Source: a bacterium
GTDB lineage: Bacteria > UBA8248 > JACPRG01 > G963555815
Assembly (NCBI GenBank): GCA_965261595.1
Contig: CBDHDG010000006.1
Location: 448,001-512,000 of the forward strand
Reading direction: 5' to 3'
Length of the DNA stretch: 64,000 bases
This document shows positions 51,758-62,234 of the stretch, one piece after another; position 1 is the stretch's first letter, and each line of letters begins with the position of its first letter. The notes beneath the pieces are model-generated. The model was not told the origin of the DNA and searched no databases. It saw only the letters and a list, made by a program, of their open reading frames with translations. The translations under genes were made by a program, and so were the position numbers.

Positions 51758-52582
51758 ATGCGCGGCTACAAAAACCCGGACCTTCTCTGGACCCCAGACC
51801 GGCTGCGGCGGACCCTGGACGGCGGCCCCCCCCTCCCTCCTCTGATTCTGGACATCCGGACGACGCAGGATTACGTGGCCGGGCACATCCCGGGCGCGGT
51901 CCACCTGGACCTCTTCGGCCTGTCCGTCCGGCACACCGGGCCGGAATCCCTGGACTCGTTCTTCTGGATGATGGAGGGCCTGTTCGGCAACCGGGGCGTC
52001 GATCACGGCAAGACCGTCGTCGTCTACGACGAACGGACGGGCACGAGAGCGGCGCGGGCCTTCTGGTTCCTGGAGTATTTCGGGCATGAAGACGTCCACG
52101 TCCTGGACGGCGGATACGACGCCTGGGAGATGGCCGCGCACCCCGTGAGCCGCGACCCGGTGATACCCGAGGGGGCGAGCTTCAAGGCCCGGCCGGTCGC
52201 GGACCGCCTCGCCACGGCGGAGACGATCCGGAAGGGACTCGACGACGGCGGATGCGTGGTCCTGGACACCCGCACCGACGGCGAGTATCACGGAACCGAG
52301 CTCCGCGCCAAGCGGGGCGGGGCGATCCCCGGCGCCGTCCACATCGAGTGGAAGAACAACGTCGAAGACGGCGCGTACAAGAACGCGGAGGACCTCGCCG
52401 CCCTCTACGCGCCGGCCGGCGTGACGCCGGACAAGGACGTATCGGCCTACTGCCAAGGCGGGTACCGCTCGGCTCACGCCTACCTCGCCCTCAGGCTGTT
52501 GGGGTACGAAAAGGTCCGGAACTACATATCGTCCTGGGCCGAATGGGGAGAGCGCGAGGAGCTGCCGATCGAGACGCCGTAG
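51758..52582 (+). CDS. Tandem-domain sulfurtransferase (rhodanese/SseA family)
   Basis: GHIPGA, LDGG, YCQGGYRS, Y..SW.EW. Confidence 0.92.
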   Translation: MRGYKNPDLLWTPDRLRRTLDGGPPLPPLILDIRTTQDYVAGHIPGAVHLDLFGLSVRHTGPESLDSFFWMMEGLFGNRGVDHGKTVVVYDERTGTRAARAFWFLEYFGHEDVHVLDGGYDAWEMAAHPVSRDPVIPEGASFKARPVADRLATAETIRKGLDDGGCVVLDTRTDGEYHGTELRAKRGGAIPGAVHIEWKNNVEDGAYKNAEDLAALYAPAGVTPDKDVSAYCQGGYRSAHAYLALRLLGYEKVRNYISSWAEWGEREELPIETP

Positions 52583-52727
52583 ATTGCAAGGGCGCGCGGC
52601 CGGACGGGCGACAGCAGGATCGCTGATCCGATTGAAAGAAACAGGGCGGATGAATCACCATCCGATGACCTCGGCAGGCCGGGCCTCCCGCCCGGTCCTT
52701 CATTCCAGAATTCATCCAAAATCCCGC

Positions 52728-54119
52728 TTATAAATAATCTTCCAGCTTCACCTCATCCAGGAACGGGTATTCCAGAAGCTCGTATTCCGACCGGTCCACG
52801 CCTTCCGGGATGGTGGCGTCGATCCCCATCTTGGACGTGGTGGGCAGCGCGCCCTTGGGGAGCTGCGAGGCCCGAAGCGTGGGGTCCAGGTGCTTGCCGC
52901 GCGCGCCCGAGATGATGATCACGTCCTCGTCCGGCCGCACCCGGAAGGCCATCGCCCGTTCGAGATCCATCCAGTCGGTGATGTCCACGTCATCATCGGT
53001 GACGATGACCAGCTTGACGGCGTGCAGGGCCATGAGCGCCAGCAGGGCGTTCTTGCCCTCGCCCGGGCGTTTTTTGATGGACGCGAACAGGTGCCAGTAG
53101 CAGCAACTCGCCGGGGTCGAGTAGACCGCCGTCGTCTGGACGCTCGCCTCCCGCAGCGCCCGCCAGCCGGCCGCCTCCATGGGCGGCGCCTCCAGCCAGT
53201 CGTTCTCCCAGGGCATGAAAACAGTCTGGAAGATGGGGTCCTTCCTGTGGGTGATCGCCTTGACCTTGAACACCGGGTTCCAGCGAATCGAGCACTGGTG
53301 CCCCGTGAAGTCCCCGTACCGGCCCTCGTCGATGGTCCAGCCGTCGGCGGAGATCTCCCCTTCCAGGACGATCTCGGCCGAGGCCGGAACTTCCAGGTCC
53401 AGGGTGGCGCACTTCGTCAGTTGGACGGGCTCGCCGTAGAGCCCCCCCGCCACCGCGAACTCGTCGAACCCCGGCGGAGCCTTGTAGGCGGCGGAAAGGA
53501 TCTCGGGAATGCCCGTTCCCAGGGCGATGGCGATGGGAAGCGGCTCCCCCCGGTCGAGCGCCCGCTGATACGTGAACCGCATGTCCGAGGGCGACACCAG
53601 GTCGATCCCCGTCTCGTTGGGCGTGCGGTACATCAGGCGATAGCAGCCGACGTTGCGGCGCCCCTCTTCATCCTTGCAGACCGCGATCCCGGCGGAGATG
53701 TATGGGCCGCCGTCCTTTCGGTGCTGGAAGGGAATGGGGATCTCCGTCAGGTCCACCTCGTCCCCCACTTTCACGACCTCCTGGACGGGACCGTCCGGAA
53801 CGATTTCGGCGGGAATCGGGCGCTCCAGGGCGTCCATGAAGACCCGGCCCAGGACCTTCTCGTCGCTGGCCAGGCCCAGGGCCAGACGCCTCCGGGACCC
53901 AATCAGCCCGCCGACAACGGACATGCCGTAGTCCGCGACGTTCTCGAAGAGGACGGCCTGATTGGACTTGGAGAGAAGGGTGTGCATGTACTTCGGAGGG
54001 ACGGGCTTTTTGATCCGGAGCAGCTCCCCGTTCGCCTCCAGGTGATCCAGCAGGCCGCGCATGTCCCGGTAGGGGATCCGGCCGCTCATGGCGGCGCGCC
54101 CGCCGTTTTTGCCGTTCAT
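52728..54119 (-). CDS. UbiD-family decarboxylase 4
   Basis: DGGPYISAG, NVGCYRLM, EGRYGDFTG, DDDVDI, KMGIDAT. Confidence 0.92.
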   Translation of the reverse strand: MNGKNGGRAAMSGRIPYRDMRGLLDHLEANGELLRIKKPVPPKYMHTLLSKSNQAVLFENVADYGMSVVGGLIGSRRRLALGLASDEKVLGRVFMDALERPIPAEIVPDGPVQEVVKVGDEVDLTEIPIPFQHRKDGGPYISAGIAVCKDEEGRRNVGCYRLMYRTPNETGIDLVSPSDMRFTYQRALDRGEPLPIAIALGTGIPEILSAAYKAPPGFDEFAVAGGLYGEPVQLTKCATLDLEVPASAEIVLEGEISADGWTIDEGRYGDFTGHQCSIRWNPVFKVKAITHRKDPIFQTVFMPWENDWLEAPPMEAAGWRALREASVQTTAVYSTPASCCYWHLFASIKKRPGEGKNALLALMALHAVKLVIVTDDDVDITDWMDLERAMAFRVRPDEDVIIISGARGKHLDPTLRASQLPKGALPTTSKMGIDATIPEGVDRSEYELLEYPFLDEVKLEDYL

Positions 54120-54184
54120 GGTTTGACTCCCTTTTTCCCGGTTGGCCGGATGGACGGCCGGACCTCAAGGTTCACACAGCGAGG

Positions 54185-54964
54185 TTAATTCATGTGCGAG
54201 CCGCCGTCCACCAGCAGGGTCTGGCCGGTGATGAAGTCCGCGGCGTCGGAGAGGAGGAAGACGACGGCGCCGACGATGTCCTCCGGAATCTGGCTGCGGG
54301 GAATGGCCCGGCCCGGGATCTGGGCGGCCTCGTCCTGGTCGACCAACTCGCCCCGGGCCGCGACAAGACTTTCGCTCCGCGTCAGTCCCGGGCCAATGGC
54401 GTTGACGCAGATCCCGTCTTTCCCCATCGACCGGGCGAGGACGCGCGTGAGGGTGATCACGGCCCCTTTCGAGACGGTGTAGTGGGCGAAGACCGGCGCG
54501 CCCTTGAACGGGACGCCCGAGGTGATGTTGATGATCTTCCCGAGGCCCGGACCGCCCGGCTCGCGGCCCTTCAGGTAGGGATAAACCGCCCTCGAAGTCA
54601 GCCAGGCGCCCTTGACGTTGACGGCCATCATCTTGTCCCATTCCTCGACGGTGACTTCGTCGAACGCCGCGTACCGCATGTCCGCGAAATAGGCGGCGTT
54701 GTTGAGGAGTCCGTCGATCCGGCCGAACTTCTCTTGGGCGGCCTTGGCGAGGGCTTCGACGCTCTTCTCATCGGTAACGTCGGCCTTCACATAGATCCCC
54801 TCTCCGCCCGCGTTGCGGATCTCCTCCACGGTCCCTTCGCCGTCAAGGATGTCGGAGACCACAACCTTCCCGCCCTCGGCGGCGATCCCCTTGGCGTACA
54901 CCTTCCCGATCCCGCGCGCCGCGCCGGTCACGATCACGACTTTGTCTTTAAGCTGCACGGTCAT
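54185..54964 (-). CDS. Short-chain dehydrogenase/reductase
   Basis: TGAARGIG, NNAA, YTVSK, GQTL.VDGG. Confidence 0.93.
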   Translation of the reverse strand: MTVQLKDKVVIVTGAARGIGKVYAKGIAAEGGKVVVSDILDGEGTVEEIRNAGGEGIYVKADVTDEKSVEALAKAAQEKFGRIDGLLNNAAYFADMRYAAFDEVTVEEWDKMMAVNVKGAWLTSRAVYPYLKGREPGGPGLGKIINITSGVPFKGAPVFAHYTVSKGAVITLTRVLARSMGKDGICVNAIGPGLTRSESLVAARGELVDQDEAAQIPGRAIPRSQIPEDIVGAVVFLLSDAADFITGQTLLVDGGSHMN

Positions 54965-55094
54965 TACTCCCTGAAAATCAACAAATGATTGACACAGTTT
55001 TCAGAGGGGCTTTTTTTAAAAACCGCCCCCCTGGAAGAAGTTGTTCATTATTTCGCGCTCCCATCAATAACGCACAAACAGTGGGCGCACCGCC

Positions 55095-55853
55095 TCACTT
55101 CATATAAGATCCGCCATCCACCATGAGCGTCTGGCCGGCGATGAAGTCGGCCCCCCCGGACAGGAAGAACACGATGGCCCCCACCAAGTCATCCGGCGTC
55201 TCGCTTCGGGGGATCGCGCGGGTATGGAGCATGTGCGCCTCCTCCTCGTCGAGCTCCGCTCCCCGGGCCGCCTGGAGGCTTTCGCTTCGCGTCAGTCCGG
55301 GGCCTACGCAGTTCACGCAGATTCCGTCCTTCCCCATTGAGCGGGCCAGGACGCGGGTGAGCGTCAGGACCGCGCCTTTGGACACCGTGTAGTGTGCGAA
55401 GTTGGGGTTGCCCTTGAAGGGGGTGCCGGAGGCGATGTTCACGATCTTCCCGGACCCCTGTGCTTTCATGTAGGGGTAGACCGCCTTCGAGGCCAGCCAG
55501 ACGCCCTTGACGTTGACGGCCATGACCGCGTCCCACTCCTCGACAGTGATCTCGTCGAACGGGCAATACCGTACGTCGGCGAAGATCGCGGCGTTGTTCA
55601 CGAGCCCATCGATCCGGCCGAACCGGGAGTGGACGGCTTCGGCCAGGACCTCGACGTTCTTCTCATCCGAGACGTCGGCGCGGACGTACATCGCCTCACC
55701 GCCCGCCTTTCGGACCTCCTCGACAGTCTCCTCGCCGTCCAGGATATCCGAGACCGCGACCCGGCCCCCCGCCTCGGCGATGCCTCGGGCGTAGACCTTC
55801 CCGATCCCTCGCGCCGCGCCGGTGACGATGACGACTTTATCTTGAAGCAGCAT
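55095..55853 (-). CDS. Short-chain dehydrogenase/reductase (paralogue of the adjacent gene)
   Basis: Same motifs; long identical stretches shared with 54185-54964. Confidence 0.93.
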   Translation of the reverse strand: MLLQDKVVIVTGAARGIGKVYARGIAEAGGRVAVSDILDGEETVEEVRKAGGEAMYVRADVSDEKNVEVLAEAVHSRFGRIDGLVNNAAIFADVRYCPFDEITVEEWDAVMAVNVKGVWLASKAVYPYMKAQGSGKIVNIASGTPFKGNPNFAHYTVSKGAVLTLTRVLARSMGKDGICVNCVGPGLTRSESLQAARGAELDEEEAHMLHTRAIPRSETPDDLVGAIVFFLSGGADFIAGQTLMVDGGSYMK

Positions 55854-55932
55854 GCCTCAACGCCCTCTCCCCGTCCCGCGGGCACAAGTCGCACCGCTCC
55901 ATCCGGACCGGCCCCGTTCGTCAATCCGTCCC

Positions 55933-56819
55933 TTACAAACCCCGCCACCAGACGACCACCTTCTCCGCCCAGACGAGAAGGCCGAACAGGATCAGGGACA
56001 TGACGGTGAGCATGACCAGGGCGGCGAACAGGACCGCCATATTGAGCTGGCTGCTGGTGATCAGGATGACGTTGCCCAGGCCGTGCTCCGCTCCGACGAA
56101 CTCCCCGATGATGGCGCCGATGATGGCGAGGGGCAGGGCGATCTTGGCCCCGTCGAAGATGTAGGGCAGGGAGTAGGGCATCCGGATCTTCCAGAAAATC
56201 TGAGCCGGGGACGCCCGCATCACCTGGACCAGCTCGACCATGTTCTTGGGAACATCCGTCAACCCCGAGAGGGTGTTGACAACGATGGGAAAAAACGCGA
56301 TGAAGAAGGCCATCACGAACTTCGGCATCAACCCCATCCCGAACCACACCGTCAGCACCGGCGCGATGGCCACCTTGGGAACCGCCTGGAAGGCGATCAG
56401 CATCGGGTAAAGCCCCTTGCGCAAGAATATCGAGTACCCGATTCCGACGGCGAGGTCCACCCCTCCAACCACACCCCAGACGAACCCGACCAGCGTCTCG
56501 ATCATGGTCACCTGGAGGTTCTTGAGGAGGTACGGGAAAAACTCGATCAGCGCGAGGACGATGTTCGTGGGGCTCGGGAGGATGTAGTCGGGCATGCCGG
56601 AGTAGCTGCTCACCTCCCAGATGACGAACAGCCCCCCCCACATGACGATCCCGGGGACGGACCCCCGCAAGGCTGCCTTCGCCTTTCCGCCCGCGACTTC
56701 CTTCCCGGACGCGCCGAGCGCCGCGGGGGGGGGGGGAGGGGGGAGAGGCTCTCCCCTACCCCTTCCCCTTCCTCCCCGGCGGTCACTTCGGTTCTGTGTT
56801 CAGCCTGATTTTGCGTCAC
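55933..56819 (-). CDS. ABC permease (TauC-like); 5' end disrupted at a G12 run or starting at 56670
   Basis: ILPSP, VPKVAIAP, GAIIGEF; a short upstream ORF 56610-56819 sits in another frame. Confidence 0.8.
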
Positions 56820-56825
56820 TTCGGG

Positions 56826-57859
56826 TTACATCTTTCCGGGTAGGAAATCATTCGTGTAAAGGTCTTGCGCCTTCAGCGCCGCCTTGACCTTGAACCCTTC
56901 ACGGATGGTGTCGAGGGTCAGCTTGATCTTGGCCGCCTGAATGTTTCCGGCCCCCTCCTTCTCCCACCGGTCCCACTCGATCATGCTGTCCACCAGGGTG
57001 TCAATCTGCAAGCGGGTGACCTGTTTGTCCAGGATCGGGTGGGCCTTCATCAGGCTCTTGTAGGCCGCTTCGCGATCTTTCCGGGTCGCCCAGAACCCCC
57101 GATACGCCGCCTTGAGGAAGCTCCGGACCACCTTTGCGTCCTTCTCAAGCCTCTCCTCGTTGGCCCAGAACGTCATGCTGTAGATGTCGAGGCCAAATTT
57201 CCGGAAGGGCATGAAGTTGACCGTCTTCCCTCTCGCTTTGGCCTTGGTCATGGAGATTTCCTTCGAGCTGGCCTCCCACATGTCCGAGAGCTGGAACTTG
57301 CCCGCGAGGAACTGCGTGTGACCCACGCCGGGCTGGACCGTGATGACCCGCATGGTGGCGTAGTCCGCCCCGCTCCTGGCCATCATGATGGGAAGAAGCT
57401 GCCGCGTAATCGTGAAGGCCGAAAGGCCGATGGTCTTCCCTTCCAGGTCCTTCGGGTGGCTGAGGCGAATCGGCGACAGGGCGCCGACGCCCACGGGGCT
57501 ACTGTCCATGAACACCCCGATGACCCTGGTGGTCCCGCCCTTCGCCCGGGCAGGACGACGGCGGCCATGTCGCCGTAACCGAACTCCGTCTTTCCCGCGG
57601 CCACTTCGCCCGCCGTCTTGTTCGACCCGTAGCCCCGGATGATCTTGAGGTTGATTCCCGCTTCCTTGAACCAGCCCTGATTCAGTGCGTGGAAAACGGG
57701 CGCGGCCGTTCCTTCCGGAATCCAGTTCGTCGTCAGCGTCCGGTCGACGGCCCCGGCGGCCCCGGCGGACCCCTGGGCGAACCCGGACAGGGCCAGACCG
57801 CAAACCACCAAAACCGCCGCCGGAAAACGCCCTCGACCGACTTTTGCTTTCTTCATCAT
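56826..57859 (-). pseudogene. NMT1/THI5-type substrate-binding protein, frameshift near 57550
   Basis: Signal peptide and GWF.EAGI...RGYGS in one frame; the remainder is in the 56826-57803 frame. Confidence 0.8.
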
Positions 57860-57914
57860 CTTTCTCCCTTGATTGGGTGGTTGGCCGGGCCCCATCACCC
57901 GTCCCTCGCGAAGC

Positions 57915-58748
57915 TCAGGAAAACCGCTTCTTGTCTGCCGTGGCTTCCATGCCCTGTTTGGTCTCGGGATCCTCGAGGCCGAGCATCGAACCGATTTGCA
58001 CTTCCATCGCCTTGAAGGCGTCCTCTGTTTTGGTCTTCAAGATTCGAGGCTGATCCAGATCCACCGGGAGGATGTCCATGACCTTTCCGGGCCTGGCCGT
58101 CATGACCACAACCCGTTCGGCCAGGAGGATGGCCTCCGGAATGCTGTGGGTGATGAACAGAATCGTCGTCCGCGTCTCTTCCCAGATTCGCAGCAGGACG
58201 AACTGCATGCGATCCCGCGTCAGGGCGTCGAGGGCCCCGAAGGGCTCGTCCATCAGGAGTATCGGGGGGTCGCTGAGAAGCGCCCGCGCCAGCGCGACGC
58301 GCTGCTACATGCCGCCCGACAGCTCGTGCGGGTAGGCCTTCTCAAAACCGTCGAGACCCGTGAGATGAAGCAGGTCCCGGGTGCGCTCGGCCGCCTGGGC
58401 CATCGGGAGCCGGCAGACCTCGGCCGTCAGCATGACGTTATCGAACACGCTTCGCCACGGAAGGAGCGTCGCCTGCTGGAAGACAAAACCGATGTCCGCC
58501 TCGGACTCCTCGATAGAGCGGCCGCTCAGGCTGATCTCGCCCGAGGTGACCGGGATGAGGCCCGCGATGAGCCGGATGAGGGTGCTCTTCCCGCAGCCGC
58601 TCGGTCCCACGATGGTGAGAAGCTCACCCTCGCCGATTTCGAAGTCCATGCCGTCCAACGCCGTGACGGAACCGGTGCGGCCCTCAAAAACCTTACAGAG
58701 CCGGCGGCATTCAATCAAAGCCGTCGCGCTTGCGGCCACCATGAACAC
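57915..58748 (-). pseudogene. ABC ATP-binding protein with in-frame TAG in the signature motif
   Basis: GPSGCGKST ... LSGGM-(TAG 58307-58305)-QRVALARAL..LLMDEPF, all in one frame. Confidence 0.9.
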
Positions 58749-58832
58749 ACCTTTTCTCTTCAGCCGGGATCTCTTTGTCGATATCTCCCGGGATTATACA
58801 TGCAATTCGGAGGATTGGCTCTTCCTCCATGC

Positions 58833-59888
58833 CTACCCCGAGTCCACCTCCACCCCCAGTTCCCGCATGAACCGCCGGTAGGCCAGGGCCACGGCGTCCG
58901 GGCCTTTGAGGTGGAACTCTTCGGCCAAGTCCAGGGGCAGCTCCCAGGGGCGTTGGTTCTCGACGATAGGCTCGTCCTGATCGGCAATGGTGTCCATGGT
59001 CCTGACGGCCGCCGGGATCTCGAGGCCGTCGTCCCGCTTTCCCTCCGCGTCCTCCATCCACATGTCGTACTGCTCCACCCAGACCGGGCCGTGCCTGATT
59101 TCCGGGGCGTCCAGGTTGTAGTTCCGCCCAACCAGCTCGTACCGCGTGCTCTCGTTGATGGAGTGGGGCGTCACCGGATAGAAGAACACCTCCGTGTCCC
59201 CGTTCTCCTCGACCTTCCATTGGTAGATGGTGAACGGCCGGGTCACACGGTAGTTCCGCACATGGGGGAGGTGGTGCAGTCCGTCGGGGATGTTTTGAAG
59301 CTCGAACCGGAGGGACTCCCCTTCCCGCCGGATATCCACGAGCGAGACCTCTGTATGTTCGCGGTCCCCCAGGATCCCCTCGTGCACCCAGGGAAAGTGG
59401 CCGAAATCGATGAAGTTTTCAATCGACCGGGCGGCGCTGCACTTCCAGAACTTTCGCTGCCGGAAAAAGATCCGGTAGTCCGGGTCGTCGTGGGCCGGGA
59501 ACGCCGGGATGGGCGCGCGCGGCGCTTCGGAAAGACAGACCCACACCAGACCGTGGGCCTCCTCGGCGGGGTAAGGCGTGAGACAGGCCTTCCTGGGGAT
59601 GGGGTGACCAGGCGGAACGGATGGGATGCGGACGCATTTTCCGCCCGCCTCATACGCCCAGCCGTGATAGGCGCAGACGAGGGTCTCCCCCTCCACCCAG
59701 CCGAGGGAGAGCGGGGTCCCCCGGTGGATGCAGAGGTCCTGATAGGCCCGCACCTGACCGGCAATCCGGCAGACGACGACCTTCTCGTCCAGCAGCTTGA
59801 CGGCCAGGGGCTTGTCCGTCGCCTCCTTCGACCAACAAACCGGGTGCCAATACTCCCGCAAAGCCGGCCACAGGGCGGTTTCGTCCAC
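58833..59888 (-). CDS. Rieske non-heme iron oxygenase (VanA-like alpha subunit)
   Basis: CIHRG...CAYHGW; ENF.D..H...VH; late QD ligand. Confidence 0.92.
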   Translation of the reverse strand: MDETALWPALREYWHPVCWSKEATDKPLAVKLLDEKVVVCRIAGQVRAYQDLCIHRGTPLSLGWVEGETLVCAYHGWAYEAGGKCVRIPSVPPGHPIPRKACLTPYPAEEAHGLVWVCLSEAPRAPIPAFPAHDDPDYRIFFRQRKFWKCSAARSIENFIDFGHFPWVHEGILGDREHTEVSLVDIRREGESLRFELQNIPDGLHHLPHVRNYRVTRPFTIYQWKVEENGDTEVFFYPVTPHSINESTRYELVGRNYNLDAPEIRHGPVWVEQYDMWMEDAEGKRDDGLEIPAAVRTMDTIADQDEPIVENQRPWELPLDLAEEFHLKGPDAVALAYRRFMRELGVEVDSG

Positions 59889-60117
59889 AATGCTCCCCCG
59901 AATCAAGCCATAATGCTACCTCTCGGCCGGAAAAAAATCAATCAATCGGAGTGCGCTCGCTGGCCGGAAACGCCTGTCCCAAACGGAACTCCTCTTCGTT
60001 TGCGTCGGGATCCATGCCGACCCGGCAAGCCTCCATCCGGGCCGGGTTTCCGGCCGTGTCGCATTGCGCTAAAGTCCTTCTTCTGAGGGAGACCGATTTT
60101 CCAAAGGGGGCGGGCGA

Positions 60118-61020
60118 ATGAGCACCTTCCCGCAAGAGCTTCTGGCGCGGGACGAGAAGAAGACCTCCGCCGTTGGGTGGCGGAGTTCTCGGGATTTCGC
60201 CACGGACGACTCAACCCTGAAGCGTTGGAGGAAACCGGCGAGCACCTCATCCATCTTCTCACGGAGCTCGGCCTCCCGGCCGGGACACGAGGATGACCAA
60301 CCCGCCCTCCTGGTCGGGGCGCATTACGACGGGATGGCGGGAACCCCCGGCGCGGATGATAACGCCAGCGGGGTGGCGGCTCTTCTGGCTGTTGCCAAGG
60401 CCCTGAGCACAACCCCAATCAGCAAGCCGGTCGAATTCGTGGGTTTCACACTGGAGGAGCCACAACATAGAACAGACGGTCGGTTCCGCCACGGGAGTCG
60501 GCGCTTTGCGAAGGACGCCCACCGAAGCGGACGGAAGTACGCGGGGGTCTACATCCTCGAATCGGTGGGGTGCACCGACGCCCGGTTCGGAAGCCAGCGG
60601 GTTCCCATGCGCACCGCGATCCCGGTCCCGGACGCCGGGACGTTCCTGTGCGTCGTCGGAAACCGGCGTAGCCGCGACCTGATGTGGCACTTCGGAAAGG
60701 CGGCCAAAGACCACGTTCCCGATCTGACGACCATTTCGTATCAGGCCCCGTTCAGCGGCCGCATTCTCCCGATGACGCGGTGGAGCAATCACGCGCCCTT
60801 CTGGGACCGGGGCTATCCCGCCCTGATGCTGACCGATACGGTCCCCTTGCGGAACCCCCATTACCACCAGCCGACGGACACGCCCGATACGCTCGATTAC
60901 GATTTCCTGACCCGCGTCACCCGGGCGCTTCTCGCGGCGATCCTCTGTTTCGACGTTCACTGCGCGGAGGGGCGAGAATGGGAAAAACCCCCACAAACCG
61001 CCCTGGGAGATTTCGAATGA
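60118..61020 (+). CDS. M28 family peptidase; N-terminus uncertain, possibly decayed
   Basis: GAHYD, PGADDNASG, LEE, RNPHYH..TD; SNH where SDH is usual. Confidence 0.75.
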   Translation: MSTFPQELLARDEKKTSAVGWRSSRDFATDDSTLKRWRKPASTSSIFSRSSASRPGHEDDQPALLVGAHYDGMAGTPGADDNASGVAALLAVAKALSTTPISKPVEFVGFTLEEPQHRTDGRFRHGSRRFAKDAHRSGRKYAGVYILESVGCTDARFGSQRVPMRTAIPVPDAGTFLCVVGNRRSRDLMWHFGKAAKDHVPDLTTISYQAPFSGRILPMTRWSNHAPFWDRGYPALMLTDTVPLRNPHYHQPTDTPDTLDYDFLTRVTRALLAAILCFDVHCAEGREWEKPPQTALGDFE

Positions 61021-62234
61021 CGACAAAGATGCCGTACGGTTGGGGGAAGGTTCCGTTCGATCTTGAGGACCGGAAAAAGTGGATGGATCTGCCTTTCCCC
61101 ATAGAGGAATACGCGGCGCGCATCGAGCGCATGCGGGACAAGATGCGTATGCACGGTTTCGATGCCTTGGTAGTCTACGGAACCCGGGGAGACCGCGGAC
61201 CTATCCGCTACCTAACCAACTTCGAGGACTACTATAAAGGTGACAACCTCTGTGTCATCCCCCTGGAGGGAGAGCCAGCCTTCATCACCAACTCGGTCTT
61301 CCACGGCGAACCGATGCACTCGGGCATCCAGCATGTCTGGATGCAGGACGTTCGGTGCACCGCGCACCCCCGGACGGCCCCGGACGCCGCCTCGGTCTTC
61401 GACCACCTGGCTGAGGTCCTAAGCAATCGGGGTCTGGATAGTGGAAAGATCGCCCTTTCGGGTGACGCTGCGGCGGCTCTGAAGGAGCCGATCGAACGGG
61501 TCCTGCCCGGAGCTGGGCTTTCGGACGCGGGTAAGATCGTCGCCGAGGCGATGACGATCAAAAGCCCCGCCGAGGTCCAGGTCCTGAAAGAGAGCGCCCT
61601 AATCGTCGACGAGGCCCTTCACGCCGCGATGGTCAACGCCAAACCGGGGGTAAGCGAATTCGAACTCTCAGGCCTCGCGATGGAAGCGTTGTTCCGCAAC
61701 GGGGCCGAAGGTGGAAACTTCCCGATGGCGCTTTCCTCCGGACCTCGGGCCGGTTTTAAGCACGTCCCCCCTGTAAATCGGAGGCTCCAGAAAGGTGATT
61801 GGGTCTTCGCTGATTTGGGCGGAGTCTATAAGGGATACACCAGCGATGCCTCCCGACAAACGGTTGCGGGCGGACCCTCCAAAGTGCAGCGGGATTTCAT
61901 GGAGGCGCAGATCGCCATCGTCGAGGCGGTCCTGGCCGAGGCGAAGGCGGGCATCCGTATCTGTGACCTAGCGAAGGTCGGCATCGAGGTAGCGCGGGAA
62001 GCAGGGGTCGAGGACTACCTCTACTTTCGCGGTCACGGCATCAGCACATTCTCCCACGTCCCCCCCTCGATCAACCCAAAGAATGAGGCAGTTCTGGAAG
62101 AGGACATGGTGTTCTGCTTCGAGCCAATGCTGGTTCGATACGAGTTCGGCACGGCTTGCGTGGAGAACATGTACCACGTGACGAAGGACGGCCTGGTCAG
62201 TTTGAATGAATGCCCATGGCGGTATTGGGAGTGA
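61017..62234 (+). CDS. M24 (Xaa-Pro peptidase/creatinase fold) hydrolase
   Basis: F..EEY.AR, RYLTNF, IKS..E, DLG..Y.GY.SD, GHG, FEP; ATG overlaps the upstream stop. Confidence 0.88.
   Translation: MTTKMPYGWGKVPFDLEDRKKWMDLPFPIEEYAARIERMRDKMRMHGFDALVVYGTRGDRGPIRYLTNFEDYYKGDNLCVIPLEGEPAFITNSVFHGEPMHSGIQHVWMQDVRCTAHPRTAPDAASVFDHLAEVLSNRGLDSGKIALSGDAAAALKEPIERVLPGAGLSDAGKIVAEAMTIKSPAEVQVLKESALIVDEALHAAMVNAKPGVSEFELSGLAMEALFRNGAEGGNFPMALSSGPRAGFKHVPPVNRRLQKGDWVFADLGGVYKGYTSDASRQTVAGGPSKVQRDFMEAQIAIVEAVLAEAKAGIRICDLAKVGIEVAREAGVEDYLYFRGHGISTFSHVPPSINPKNEAVLEEDMVFCFEPMLVRYEFGTACVENMYHVTKDGLVSLNECPWRYWE

Noticed and set aside
4075..57560. Programmed frameshifting at the single-base shifts (near 4080, 9600, 10085, 48640, 49953, 57550)
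   Set aside because: No consistent slippery sequence, and these IS families normally have one ORF; decay or sequencing error is more likely
58305..58307. In-frame TAG as pyrrolysine or recoding
   Set aside because: It falls in the ABC signature (LSGGMxQR), one base from CAG. Neighbouring transporter genes are also damaged and no pyl genes are seen, so nonsense mutation or error is simpler.
13230..60086. Long antisense or alternate-frame ORFs (e.g. 13230-14777, 18199-19887, 21108-23051, 24259-26100, 38314-40269, 57873-60086)
   Set aside because: Shadows of real genes in high-GC DNA; no family motifs
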